This document shows, one piece after another, positions 10,234-20,800 of a DNA stretch of 64,000 nt. Where the stretch lies: assembly GCA_942491145.1 (NCBI GenBank), contig CALOBC010000015.1, positions 52,707 to 116,706 on the forward strand, given 5' to 3'. A model generated the notes under the pieces. The model ran no database searches and was not told where the DNA came from. It saw nothing but the letters and a program-made list of their open reading frames with translations. This stretch comes from Myxococcota bacterium (lineage in GTDB: Bacteria > Myxococcota_A > UBA796 > UBA2385). Both the position numbers and the translations under genes were made by a program. Position 1 is the stretch's first letter, and the number at the start of each line of letters is the position of its first letter.

Positions 10234-10641
10234 ATGCCGCCGCTGTTGATCGTGGACGACAGCGACGATGACCTGTTCTTCGCGCGTCGGGCCTATGAGA
10301 TGACCGGCCAAGCACCCCCGCTGGTGTGTCTGCAGAGCGGCGAGTGCATGTTGGACTACCAACACAAAGTGCGAGAAGGTGAGTTTGCGCAACCTATCGC
10401 CATTTTGCTGGACATCAACATGCCCTTGCTCGACGGATTTGCGACGTTCTCGGCCCTCGCCCGGATGTCGGGGGGGCAAGTTCCCGTGCCGGTGTGGTTC
10501 CTGACTGGGTCGGACGATCCGTCGGATGTGCGGGTGGCGGAAGCGCTGGGGGCACGGGGGCTCATCACCAAGCCCGACAGCGTCCGCGAGCTGGCCCGCA
10601 TCCTCAATGACGTGCTGCTCGCCGTGGGTGGCGGCACCTGA
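10234..10641 (+). CDS. Stand-alone response-regulator receiver protein
   Basis: ATG at 10234 lies 15 nt after the kinase stop. It carries LLIVDDSDDD, the phospho-acceptor context LLDINMP, and a conserved K in ITKP. Confidence 0.75.
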   Translation: MPPLLIVDDSDDDLFFARRAYEMTGQAPPLVCLQSGECMLDYQHKVREGEFAQPIAILLDINMPLLDGFATFSALARMSGGQVPVPVWFLTGSDDPSDVRVAEALGARGLITKPDSVRELARILNDVLLAVGGGT

Positions 10642-10680
10642 CCGTGGGGCCGAAGCCGGTGTGGCCGATTAGCCGCACAG

Positions 10681-12801
10681 ATGGCAGTCCTCTCCCCCGG
10701 CACGGTACTTGGCGAGCGCTTCACGATCCACGGAGTGGTCGGGCGGGGCGGCTCGGCGACGGTGTACCTGGCGGAGGACCGGCTGCGGGGGACACGGGTT
10801 GCCCTCAAGGTGGTCCACCCGCACCTCGCAGCGGATCCCGACGCCCGGCGCAGGCTGCGGCGTGAGGTGGCGGCCGCGGCCCACTTGGGGGGCGAAGGGC
10901 TGTTGGTCCCCTTCGATCTGCATGAGCTCGACGGCCACTTGGTGCTGTCTTTGCCCTTTCATCGGGGCCGCACGCTGTCGGAGCAAGTCGCGACCCGTGG
11001 ACCGATGGCGGAAGCGGAGCTGCGGGGACTGGGCATCCGCTTGGCGGCAGCGCTGGCGGAGGCCCACGGCGCCGGAGTGCTCCACCGGGACGTCACCCCA
11101 GCCAATGTGATGATTGATCAGGACGGCACAGACGCTGTGCTCACCGACTTCGGCCTCGCCCGCACCCAGGGGGGCACCCAGACCCGCACGACGGGGCTGT
11201 TGGGCACGGCAGGGTTTGCAGGACCAGAGGTCTACATGGGCAGCCGGGTGGACCCGCGCTCGGATCTGTACGGCCTTGGGGGCTGCCTGTATCTGGCGGC
11301 CTCTGGCAAGCCGCCGTTCGACGCCGCCAACCCGATGGCTGCCCTGAAGGCCCAAATGGACGATGTCTGGGAGCCCTTGAGCACGCTGCGTCCCGACCTG
11401 CCCCCGGCGTTGTGTGCCGCCATCGAGAGCCTGTTGTTCGCCGACCCCGACCGCCGTCCCGATGGGGCCGCCGAGCTGCGGGAGCTGCTGGCCGGTCGGG
11501 CACTTCCCCGGCCGGTTCCCGTGGTGTCCCCAGCCACCGACGTGGTGCGCCAGTACCTGCCTCCGGGCGACTGGACGGTGGTGGTGAGCGAGGCGTTCTC
11601 GGATCGCCAGCGGCGACATGGCTTGCGCCGACGCCACCGCGCCCGTCGCACCACCGAAGGGGAGCTGAAGCGCCTGGGTGAACACATCATGCGGGGGATC
11701 AAAGACGCGGTCGGCATGGCCGATGAGGTGGACGCGCCCGAAGACCAGCTCGCCGCGATTGTGGCCCACGAGGCGGGGCTGCCCATCGGGTCGGTGTTGC
11801 CCAGCAAGGTGGTCTACGACAAGAAGTTTCGGCTGGTGGACCGCACGGACGAAGAGACCGCGCTGCGGCTGGTGGCGGCCGCTCGGGGCCTGGGCTTTGG
11901 TGCCACGGCCAAGCGCATTGGGGGGCCGACGAGCTTCCTCGATCTGATCGCCCAGTGGTTCGGGTTGATCATTGCGGGGGGCTGGGCGTCCTTCCCGTTC
12001 TTTGTGGGCCTGGTTGCCTCGGTCTACGAGCCGGCCGCGGGCATTGCCGCGCTGGGCAGCATCATCGGCATGATCTTGCTGACCATCGGGCTGCCGATGT
12101 TGGCATCGCGGCGGTCCACCATCGACACCGCTGCCCGCAAGCTCCCGGCGGCATTTCGGGCAGACCTGCGCACGGCGCTGAAGGACGGCCAGCACGCCTC
12201 CCCTCGCTACGCCGTCTCGGCTGCCGAAGCATCGGTGAACGCGCCTGTGCCGGCGCCGCCGACGCCTGTGGTGCTGCCCGATCGGGCCGGAGCGCTCCTC
12301 GGCCGGGCCAACCAAGCCCTGGATGCCCTGGACCAGAGCATTGTCGCCAATGCTGAGACCTTGCCTGATCCGGCGCTCGTGGACCTGCGGGACACATCTC
12401 GGGACCTGCGCACTGCGGCAGTGGACCTCGCTGAAGAGCTGCGGGGGCTGGAGCGAGGCTTGAGCGAGACGAGCCCGGGGGCGGTGGATGCGGCGATGCT
12501 GAAGTCCCGGCTGGACCGCTTGGCGACAATGGACCGCGCGGGAGAGTCGGTGAGTCGAGCGGAGCTTCAGTCGCTGCAGCGGGCCCTGGATGCCCATGAG
12601 CGGGACCTCTCGGCGAAAGACATGCTCGAGTCCCGCCTCGCCGCGACCACTGCGCGCTTGCTGGAGGTCTGCAGCACTGCGAGCCAGGCGCGCCGCGAGC
12701 TGGAGGGAGGACGGGGCGGCGACCGCCACTCGGCCGATGAAGCTGTGGCACGCTTGCGCCGAGAGGTCCGGGCTGCCCGGGCCGCTGTGGAGGGGCGATG
12801 A
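10681..12801 (+). CDS. Ser/Thr protein kinase with central TM segments and a coiled-coil C-terminus
   Basis: Hanks kinase motifs are present: GRGGSATVY, VALK, HRDVTPANV, DFGLAR. Hydrophobic helices lie around aa 430-480. Confidence 0.8.
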   Translation: MAVLSPGTVLGERFTIHGVVGRGGSATVYLAEDRLRGTRVALKVVHPHLAADPDARRRLRREVAAAAHLGGEGLLVPFDLHELDGHLVLSLPFHRGRTLSEQVATRGPMAEAELRGLGIRLAAALAEAHGAGVLHRDVTPANVMIDQDGTDAVLTDFGLARTQGGTQTRTTGLLGTAGFAGPEVYMGSRVDPRSDLYGLGGCLYLAASGKPPFDAANPMAALKAQMDDVWEPLSTLRPDLPPALCAAIESLLFADPDRRPDGAAELRELLAGRALPRPVPVVSPATDVVRQYLPPGDWTVVVSEAFSDRQRRHGLRRRHRARRTTEGELKRLGEHIMRGIKDAVGMADEVDAPEDQLAAIVAHEAGLPIGSVLPSKVVYDKKFRLVDRTDEETALRLVAAARGLGFGATAKRIGGPTSFLDLIAQWFGLIIAGGWASFPFFVGLVASVYEPAAGIAALGSIIGMILLTIGLPMLASRRSTIDTAARKLPAAFRADLRTALKDGQHASPRYAVSAAEASVNAPVPAPPTPVVLPDRAGALLGRANQALDALDQSIVANAETLPDPALVDLRDTSRDLRTAAVDLAEELRGLERGLSETSPGAVDAAMLKSRLDRLATMDRAGESVSRAELQSLQRALDAHERDLSAKDMLESRLAATTARLLEVCSTASQARRELEGGRGGDRHSADEAVARLRREVRAARAAVEGR

Positions 12802-12856
12802 GTCGAGCGCGACACCGGCTGGCCAAACGCAGGGGGCGGGGGTGCTAAAGAAGGAC

Positions 12857-14086
12857 ATGATTCGGGTGCGGGTTCGCGGGAAGAACCTGGAGGTCGGCTA
12901 TGTCGACACCGACGACCCACGGATGCTGGAAGTGGCCGAGACGATCTTGGCCATCGTGCAGCAAGCCGCGCTGGAACACTGGCGGCGGGCGGATGTGGAC
13001 GCTGCGCTGCTCGAAGCCGAGGGCTCCGACCCCCGCCACCGGTTGATGCGGGGCATGGCCAAGCTGCTGCTCGACAAGTGTGTCTTTGAGATGGACTGCC
13101 CTGTTGAGCCGGCGGTCCTCCGAAAGACCGTGTTTGAGGCCGCCACCGCCGCGGCCCCGCTGGAGCGGCCGGGGGGCGCCGGGGTGCGACCGACTGCGTC
13201 CGTGGTGTTGGGCGAGCTGGCCCAGACCCTCGATCCCCACCCCTCCACCACGCTACCGTGGACGGTTCAACAACTCCAGAATGCCCTGTACGCGGACCAT
13301 CCCGAGGAACAGTGCTTGGTGTCTCGCAAGGGCCCCGAGACCCCCGAGGACGTGCTGCACGCCTACAACCTGGGGCTGGTCCAGGCCTTGTTGCTCCGCG
13401 CCACCAGCCTCCAGATCCGCATGGCCCGCCCGCCCGCCAAGCACCTGCGGGCGCTGTTTCGCCGGCTCAAGTTTCAGCAGCTGATGTACCGCGTGAAGAC
13501 CACCGGCGGTGATGTGTTGTTGGAACTCGATGGTCCCCAGAGCTTGTTGCAACAGTCGACCCGCTACGGGCTCGCCCTGGCCGTGTTCTTCCCCGCGCTG
13601 CCGTTGTTGCCGGTGGGCTGGACCGCCGAAGCCGAGGTGCTCTGGGGCGGCAAGCGCAAGCTAAAGAAACAACTGATGGTGTCCCACACACGCGGCCTGC
13701 GCAGCCACTACGCCGCTCAAGGAACGTGGCGCTCCAATGCCGAGAAGTGGTTTCTGGAGCGGTGGGAAAAGCTCGACACCGGCTGGGCGGTGTCGGAGGG
13801 CACCTTGATCGACCTGGGGCGCCAAGACCTCGTGCTGCCCGACCTGAGCTTTCGCAAGGGCGGCCGGGTGGCCCACCTCGACATCGTGGGCTTCTGGCGC
13901 AAGGGCTACTTGGAGAAGCGCATCGAGAACACCCCGTCCAACGTGATTCTCGCTGTGTCCAAGCGGCTGATGGGGGACAAGACCGCGCTGCCGGCCACCC
14001 TGGCCAAGCGCGTGGTCCCGTTTGCGGAGATCATCCCCGCCAACAAGGTGCTGGAGCGGCTGGAGCAAGTGGCGCGCCGGGGTTGA
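12857..14086 (+). CDS. DUF790-family protein (Bax1-like endonuclease fold)
   Basis: ATG at 12857. The N-terminus ([16 protein letters not shown]...[17 protein letters not shown]) and C-terminus (VLPDLSF...[17 protein letters not shown]) match the DUF790 pattern as I remember it. Confidence 0.55.
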   Translation: MIRVRVRGKNLEVGYVDTDDPRMLEVAETILAIVQQAALEHWRRADVDAALLEAEGSDPRHRLMRGMAKLLLDKCVFEMDCPVEPAVLRKTVFEAATAAAPLERPGGAGVRPTASVVLGELAQTLDPHPSTTLPWTVQQLQNALYADHPEEQCLVSRKGPETPEDVLHAYNLGLVQALLLRATSLQIRMARPPAKHLRALFRRLKFQQLMYRVKTTGGDVLLELDGPQSLLQQSTRYGLALAVFFPALPLLPVGWTAEAEVLWGGKRKLKKQLMVSHTRGLRSHYAAQGTWRSNAEKWFLERWEKLDTGWAVSEGTLIDLGRQDLVLPDLSFRKGGRVAHLDIVGFWRKGYLEKRIENTPSNVILAVSKRLMGDKTALPATLAKRVVPFAEIIPANKVLERLEQVARRG

Positions 14087-14168
14087 GGGGCCGGGGGGCA
14101 CCGGTCAGCGGCGTCCGCTGGGGTTAGCCCGTGGCGGCCATCCCCAACTTTGGCCAGCCGGAGCCACC

Positions 14169-14594
14169 ATGCGCTTTCTCCATTCGATGATTCGGGTGCT
14201 CGACCTCGACGCCGCACTGCACTTCTTCGTGGACCAGCTCGGCTTGCAGGTCGTGCGTCGGACGGACCATGAGGGGGGCAGGTTCTCTTTGGTGTTCTTG
14301 TCGACGGGTGCCGAGGGCGACGCGGCGACTGTGGAGCTGACGTGGAACTGGGACGAGGCCACGGCCTACACCCAAGGGCGCAATTTCGGCCACCTCGCGT
14401 ATGCGGTCGACGACATCTATGCCCTCTGCGACAAGCTTCAGCGGGGGGGCGTCACCATCTTGAGGCCGCCGCGGGATGGCCGGATGGCCTTCATCAAGAG
14501 CCCCGATGGCATCAGTGTGGAGCTGCTCCAGAGCGGTGATGCGCTGCCGCCCCAGGAACCCTGGCTGAGCATGCCCAGCGTGGGCACCTGGTGA
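14169..14594 (+). CDS. gloA: Lactoylglutathione lyase (glyoxalase I)
   Basis: [20 protein letters not shown]...ELTWNW...[12 protein letters not shown]...[11 protein letters not shown] is a typical GloA/VOC sequence. Confidence 0.8.
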   Translation: MRFLHSMIRVLDLDAALHFFVDQLGLQVVRRTDHEGGRFSLVFLSTGAEGDAATVELTWNWDEATAYTQGRNFGHLAYAVDDIYALCDKLQRGGVTILRPPRDGRMAFIKSPDGISVELLQSGDALPPQEPWLSMPSVGTW

Positions 14595-15970
14595 GCGGGT
14601 CCGCTCGTCCTCCTGAATTGGCGGCTGTGCCGGTGCTGCCGGCCCTGATTCGGCTGTCCTTGCCGGTCATCGGTCTCAACGTCTTGACCGTGATGGCGTT
14701 GTTTGTCGACACGGTGATGGTGGGGCGCTTGCCCGACAGCGAGTCGGCGCTGACGGGGATGGGCTTCTCGGGCCAGATCGCGTTTCTGCTGATGGTGCTG
14801 ATGATCGGTGTGACCGTCGGCAGCGTTGCGTTTGTGGCCCGTGCCCATGGCTCTGGCGACCGAGAGCGGGTGGACCATGTTGTGGCCCAGTCAGCGACTG
14901 TCGCGGTGCTGCTCGGGCTGCTGATCACGGTCGTTGGGAACGTCTTTGCTGTGCCCATTCTGGAGCTGCTGGGCGCCTCGGGGCCGGACGTGGTGTCGTC
15001 CCTTGAGTATTTGCGTCCGACCTTGTGTTTTGCGGCGGTGAACTACCTCAACATCTTGCTGGCGGCGGTGCTTCGGGGGGTGGGCAACACGCGGCTGCCA
15101 TTCCAAGTGGCCATCGGCAGCAATGTGCTGAACGTGGCGCTCAACTATGTGCTGATCCTGGGCAACCTGGGGATGCCCGCGATGGGGCTGACGGGGGCAG
15201 CGATCGGCACGGGCCTGTCCCAGCTCGCGTCGGTGGTTGTGTTGACGGTGCTCTTGGCCCGGGGTGCGGAGCCGGCCATGCAAGTGCGGCCTCGCTTCGC
15301 TGCGCTGGACGGCGCCCATGTGCGTGACTTGCTCCGCATCGGGGCACCAGCGGCAGTGGACATGCTGGTTCTCAACGCCGGTTTCTTGAGCATCGTCGGG
15401 ATGCTCGGACGGGTCGACCCCTTGGCAGTGGCGGCCCACGGGGTGGGCCTGAGGGTCCAGGCGCTGGCGTTTGTGCCGGGCATGAGCATCTCCCAAGCGA
15501 TTGGGGCGTTGGTTGGCCAAGCGCTGGGCGCCAATGACGTGGCGCGGGCGAAGGCGGTGGTGCGCAGCGGCGTGGGGCTGTGTGTCGTGGTGATGAGCAC
15601 ACTCGCGGCAGTGCTGGTGTTCGGCAAGGCGGGCATCGTGTCGGTGTTCGACATCAACCCCGCGGGGCCGCTCGGTGGCTATGCGATGCAGTGGATGGAG
15701 CTGTTGGGTTGGTGCATGCCTGTGGTGGGCGTCTACATCGCCTTTGTGGGCTTGTTCCAGGGCAGCGGTGCCACCCGGACCTCGCTGGGCATCAACGCCG
15801 CGATGACCCTGCTGTTCCAGATTCCCTTGTCGTATGTATTGGGGTTTTCCTTGGGTCTGGGCACGTTCGGGATCTGGCTGGCGTTCCCGCTTTCGTTTGT
15901 GGGGAAGGCCGTGCTGGGAGGTGTCTTCGTGGCCCGAGGGGACTGGGCGCGCACCGGCGCGTCGGTGTAG
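14591..15970 (+). CDS. MATE-family efflux transporter
   Basis: The GTG start overlaps the gloA stop (GTGA). The ORF is 459 aa with about 12 TM segments and the N-terminal [14 protein letters not shown] motif typical of MATE/NorM. Confidence 0.75.
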   Translation: MSGSARPPELAAVPVLPALIRLSLPVIGLNVLTVMALFVDTVMVGRLPDSESALTGMGFSGQIAFLLMVLMIGVTVGSVAFVARAHGSGDRERVDHVVAQSATVAVLLGLLITVVGNVFAVPILELLGASGPDVVSSLEYLRPTLCFAAVNYLNILLAAVLRGVGNTRLPFQVAIGSNVLNVALNYVLILGNLGMPAMGLTGAAIGTGLSQLASVVVLTVLLARGAEPAMQVRPRFAALDGAHVRDLLRIGAPAAVDMLVLNAGFLSIVGMLGRVDPLAVAAHGVGLRVQALAFVPGMSISQAIGALVGQALGANDVARAKAVVRSGVGLCVVVMSTLAAVLVFGKAGIVSVFDINPAGPLGGYAMQWMELLGWCMPVVGVYIAFVGLFQGSGATRTSLGINAAMTLLFQIPLSYVLGFSLGLGTFGIWLAFPLSFVGKAVLGGVFVARGDWARTGASV

Positions 15971-15995
15971 CGACTGCACACTTGGGCGTCGGCGC

Positions 15996-17264
15996 TCAGC
16001 CCGGCTCGAAGATCAGCGGCAGCAGCAGCGCACCGTCGACCCCCTCGGGCAGGGCGAAGCGGCGGGCCCGGCTGGTGATGCACTCGGCCAGCTTGGGGTC
16101 TCGGGTGGTGTTGTCGGTGACGACCGCGTCGACGACCTTGCCGTTGATGACCTCCATGTCGAGGGCCACACGGCCGGCGAGCTCCGGGTAGATGAGCAGC
16201 CGCTGTTCGTAGCACCGCTTGAGCTTGGGGAGCTGGCGGCGGATGGCGGTGAGCAGGGTCTGGTCGACGGTGCCTTGGGTCTCGGGCACACCGGTGACGG
16301 TCGGCTGGCGCGCGGTGGTCCGGACCCGCTGGACTCTCGCGTCGTGGACGTGTTGGCGGGCCAGGGGGTCGACACGGCCGTCGATGAGTATGGTGCCGGT
16401 GCCGTGGCGCACTCCGCCCACCCGGCCGCCCTCGTCGACGGTGGTGGACCGGTCGAGGGTCTGGGCGATGCCTTCCAAGCCGGTGCCGGCGCCGAAGATC
16501 TCGCTGGCGGTGGTGTTGCCGGAGGACAATGCGCTGAGCAGGCTGGACTGGCGGATGACTTGTTTGTGGGACGGGGACGGGGCGGCGGCCGGCGGCTCGG
16601 CATCGACGGTCTTGGTGACGGGGGTCGACTCGGGGTTGGGCTCGGGCTCCGGCGGCGGTGTGGGCTCGCTGGGCGGGGGCTCGGGCGGTGCCTGAAGATA
16701 GATGCGTACGGTATCTTGGGGCAGGTCGGCCAAGGTGACCGGGCCCACAGGTCCCTGGGTGGAGACCCAAGCCAGCAGCACGGCGGCGGCGGCGGACCAC
16801 CCGCTGAGGAGGCCGAGGAACAGGGGATCGTCGGGATCGAGGAGCTGGGGGCGGAACTGGAGCGGGGGCAGGGTCTGGACCGCGGGAGCCGGGACGAGCT
16901 GGAGCAGGATGGTGGTGGGCCCGATCCGCACCTTGCCGCGCACACCGGGGCGCAAGGGAAGGGTGGCGGGCACGGCATCGCCGAGGTGGTCGAGGTCGAC
17001 GGTGTGCCCCGGCCACACGAGGCGCCCGGTCATGCCGGGATGCACATGGAGCACCGGCACCCCGTCTTGGGGACTGACCAGCACGCACGCCTCAGGAAAG
17101 CCCTCGGGGATGCCGTTGTCGGGGATGGGCACGGTGGTCTGGGCGCCCACGCCCACGGTCACCGGCGACTTCAGGGGGACCAGCTGTTCATGGGTGAGGC
17201 GCCGGTCGCGCACGACGCCAAGGCGAAGGACGAGTCCGTGGGCGGGCGAGCGTTGCGTGGACAT
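15996..17264 (-). CDS. TonB-like protein with proline-rich linker and AgmX/PglI-type C-terminal domain
   Basis: ATG at 17264. The order is an N-terminal soluble domain, one TM segment, a Pro/Glu-rich linker (PPEPPPSEPTPPPEPEPNPE), then a C-terminal LKRCYEQRL...GRVALDMEVINGKV...ECI domain. Confidence 0.55.
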   Translation of the reverse strand: MSTQRSPAHGLVLRLGVVRDRRLTHEQLVPLKSPVTVGVGAQTTVPIPDNGIPEGFPEACVLVSPQDGVPVLHVHPGMTGRLVWPGHTVDLDHLGDAVPATLPLRPGVRGKVRIGPTTILLQLVPAPAVQTLPPLQFRPQLLDPDDPLFLGLLSGWSAAAAVLLAWVSTQGPVGPVTLADLPQDTVRIYLQAPPEPPPSEPTPPPEPEPNPESTPVTKTVDAEPPAAAPSPSHKQVIRQSSLLSALSSGNTTASEIFGAGTGLEGIAQTLDRSTTVDEGGRVGGVRHGTGTILIDGRVDPLARQHVHDARVQRVRTTARQPTVTGVPETQGTVDQTLLTAIRRQLPKLKRCYEQRLLIYPELAGRVALDMEVINGKVVDAVVTDNTTRDPKLAECITSRARRFALPEGVDGALLLPLIFEPG

Positions 17265-17344
17265 GGGGGGCCTCGGGACCCGTGGGCGTCGCGCTGTGCA
17301 CCGGGTCCGAGGGGATCGACCGCCGGGTGGGTGGCGGGTTCCCC

Positions 17345-17416
17345 GAAATCTGCAATTGCGTGCAATTTCCTGCGAGGGCGTGCAATTTGGTGAAAGACGG
17401 GGTGGAAATTGCACGC
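17345..17416. promoter_or_regulatory. Cluster of TGCAATT repeats (3 direct, 1 inverted) in a divergent intergenic region
   Basis: TGCAATT occurs at 17351, 17361 and 17381, spaced 10 and 20 bp. GCGTGCAATTT occurs at 17358-17368 and 17378-17388, with its exact reverse complement AAATTGCACGC at 17406-17416. This is a locally AT-richer patch. Confidence 0.4.
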
Positions 17417-17806
17417 AAGGGACCATCGGCAGTGTGGCCGGGTCGAGGGTCGCTTGTGTCAGGACGGTGTGCTGAGTGCCGTTCAGCACGATGTCTTCGC
17501 GGATCCCCACGCATTGGCGGGGTCCGATCGCCGGGCAGGTGTGGTGCCGTTGCGCGACGCTCCACAACCTTCGACCGGCCGCCCGGGCCGCTGTGCAGGC
17601 CTGCGACCCTGGTGGCCGCCGCGCTGCAGAGGTTGGGGTTGGGCTCGGTCTCGCGGGCCCGTCGGGTTGGCGAGGTGCCGCTTGATTTGTCCAGCGGGCC
17701 AAAGGGACCCGCCTCCATCGCGTCCGTGGGGCCGGTCAGAGCGCCGCGCATCGTCGGTCTGCAACGTCCGGAATATGCCCCCGGCATCGCCTCTCTCCGC
17801 CACACC

Positions 17807-20800
17807 ATGATGCTGCTGGCCAGCGCTGTCCTGGGCCGCTTCCTGGTCGGCGGCTTGGTCTTGGGCTGGATCGGAGCGGCCCATGCCCACCAGCCCGTCA
17901 AGGGGGTGCTCCAGGCCCTCACGACGGAAGACGGGCTGCCCATCAATTGGGTGGCAGCGTTTCTGCAAGACCCGGATGGGGCGCTGTGGATTGGCACCGA
18001 CAGTGGGCTGGTCTGGTACGACGGGGTCGAGTCTGCGGAGGTCCCTGAGCTCGACGGAGTGAGAATTCTCCAGCTCAATATGGATCCCCGCGGGGTCGGT
18101 TGGATCGCATCGAGGGAGACGCTGTGGCGGCTGGACGACGGTGTGTTTCAGCGCGTGCCGATGGAGCCACCGCACCGCGGCATGCCGCTGCACGTGGACG
18201 GAACCGGTGAGGTCTGGATCTCCGGTGATACCGGGTTGACCCGGGTCGACGACCCCAACCGGCACTTGGACACCCCCGATGGCTGTGGGCAGGTTGAGGT
18301 CGGCCAGGGGGCGAGCCTGTGGTGCGCAGGCAGTGGGGTCCCCTTGGCATTGGAGGATGGCGTCTTGCGGGTGTTGCGAGACGTCGCCGGTGCGCCCCTC
18401 CCTGGACCCGAGCTGCTCCGAGACAGCCGCGGCATCAGCTGGGTCCACACGCCCGGTCGTGTTCACCGATATATCCGGGAGGCAGGGGGCTTTCGGGAGC
18501 TGGAGGTTCAGGAGGCGCTGGCCGTCGAAGCGATAGGCATCCTCGAGGCACGCTCCGGCGAGATCTGGATCAACACCGATGACCACAGGGTGCTGGTGTG
18601 GGACGGAGTTGCGCTGCGGGAGCACGCCCGCCTGCGGTCCACCGTTCGCGCGCTCTATGAGGACCGGGAGGGCAGCATCTGGGCGGCCACCCGAGGCCTC
18701 GGAGCGCTCCGGCTGAGCTCGCCCCAGAGCTTCTCGGTGCTGGACAGTGGCTTCGGCGAGGCACCGGTCTGGACCTCGATGGTCACGTCGAGCGGTTCCC
18801 TCATCTTGGCCACCGATGACGGGGTGTTCCAGCGTTCACCATCAGGGGAAATACGCGCTTTGCCCGGGATTGCGAAGGCCTCGGTGTATGCCTTGCATGT
18901 CACCGACGACGGCTCCGTGCTGGTGGGTGGCTACGATGGACTGCACCGATGGACGGGGGAAGCGATGGAGCGCCTGGCCTTTGCTGAGCCTGGCGTGCTG
19001 CTGCGGGGCGGTGTGCTTGAGGACCGCGCTGGACGCATCTGGGCGGGGGGCAGGTACGCCATCTGGCGTTCCGAGGGGCGGGACCAACCGCTGGCGCGTC
19101 TGCCCCTGCCGGTGGAGCTGGGCACCGGCTACCCGGTGGTGGGACCCATTGTGGAGGATCCTGACGGCCAGGTGTGGGCTGCGACAAACGCTGGACTGAT
19201 CCGCTGGGGGGCCGCGGGCGTCGAGGTGTTCAACTTGGGGCCGGTTCGGGGCGTCGCGGTGGGACCCAAAGGGAAGGTCTGGGCGACCCTCGCGAGGGGC
19301 GGCCTCGTCCGGGTGGTGGACGGCGTGGTCCAAGAGCTCGGCGCCGCCCAAGGAATTCCCTCGGGGACCTTACACACCGTGGCCTTCGACAACCACGGCT
19401 CGGTGTGGCTGCCCAGCAACCGCGGGGTGTTTCGCACGAGCGCAGAGGGCTTGGACGCCCTGGCGAGTGACCCGCAGCGAACACTGTTTTTCCACACCTA
19501 CGGCGTCGAGGATGGACTCCCCAGCCTCGAGTGCAACAGCGGCCACCCCGCTGCCATGGTTGACGGGCAGGGTCGAGTCCACATCCCGACCATGCGCGGG
19601 CTGGTGCAGGTGGATCCGGGCGAGCTGCGCCGGGACATGGCTGCACCGGTGGTCACCATTCGACGGGTGGAGGTCGACGGCGAAGCGGTGCCTTGGAACG
19701 GGACCTTGGTGTTGCCCCCCCACGCCCGCTCGCTGGCCATCCACTACTCAGCCCCGGCGCTGCGCGATCCCGCTGGGGTCACCTACCGTTATCGCCTGGA
19801 GGGACACCAAGACGACTGGGTCGAGGCCGAGCGGCGGCGGGTGGCCTTCTGGACCAATCTTGAGGCGGGTACCCACACCTTCCGCCTGCAAGCGCGGAGT
19901 GGCGAGGGGGTGTTGAGCGCCGAAGATGCACTTCTGCCGTTCACTGTGGAAGCCCGACTGGTGGACCGAACCTGGTTTCGGCTGCTGGTTGGCCTCGGGG
20001 TCCTGGCGTTGGGCGCCGTTCTCGTCCGAGTTCAGCTTCACCGCATCCGAGAGCGAGAGCTCACGGCGCTGGTCGATGAACGGACCGCTGAGCTGCGTGC
20101 TGCCCGGGATCGCAGCCGTGAGCAGGCTGCGCGACTGCAGACTCAGGCCCACGAGCTGGAGAAGGTCGATGCCCGCAAGACCCGCTTCTTCGCCAACGTC
20201 AGCCATGAGCTGCGGACGCCGCTGTCGCTCATCCGAGGCCCAGTGAGCGGTGCGCTGTCCTCGGGCCAGTCGCTGGGTCCGGTCGACCTGGCGCGAGTAG
20301 CCCGAAGTGCCCATCGTCTCGAGGTTCTCATTGAGGAACTGCTCGACATCGCGCGGCTTGACGCCGGTCGCTTGCCCCTGCGGGCTCGGGAAGCGGACCT
20401 TGCCGGGTTTGTGGCCGAGCGGGTCGACGCATTTGCCCCGCTGGCCGAGCAGCGGGGGGTGGACCTGAGCTTGGGCAGCGTGCCCGTCACCGCATGGTTC
20501 GACGAAGCACGCCTCGCAAAGGTCGTGGACAACGTGGTGGCGAACGCACTGCGCCACACGGCCGCCGGGGGCACAGTCGATGTGCGCCTGACCACCACGC
20601 CCACCCACGGGTGCATCGATGTGCAGGACTCGGGCAGTGGCATCGCCCCCGAGCACCTGCCCCACATCTTCGACCGCTTCTACCAAGCCCCCGACGGCTC
20701 GGGCGCGTTGTCGGGCAGCGCGGGCCTCGGCCTCGCCTTGAGCCGGGAGCTGGCGCGGCGCCACGGGGGGGAGCTGACGGCACACAGCGAGGTGGGTGCG

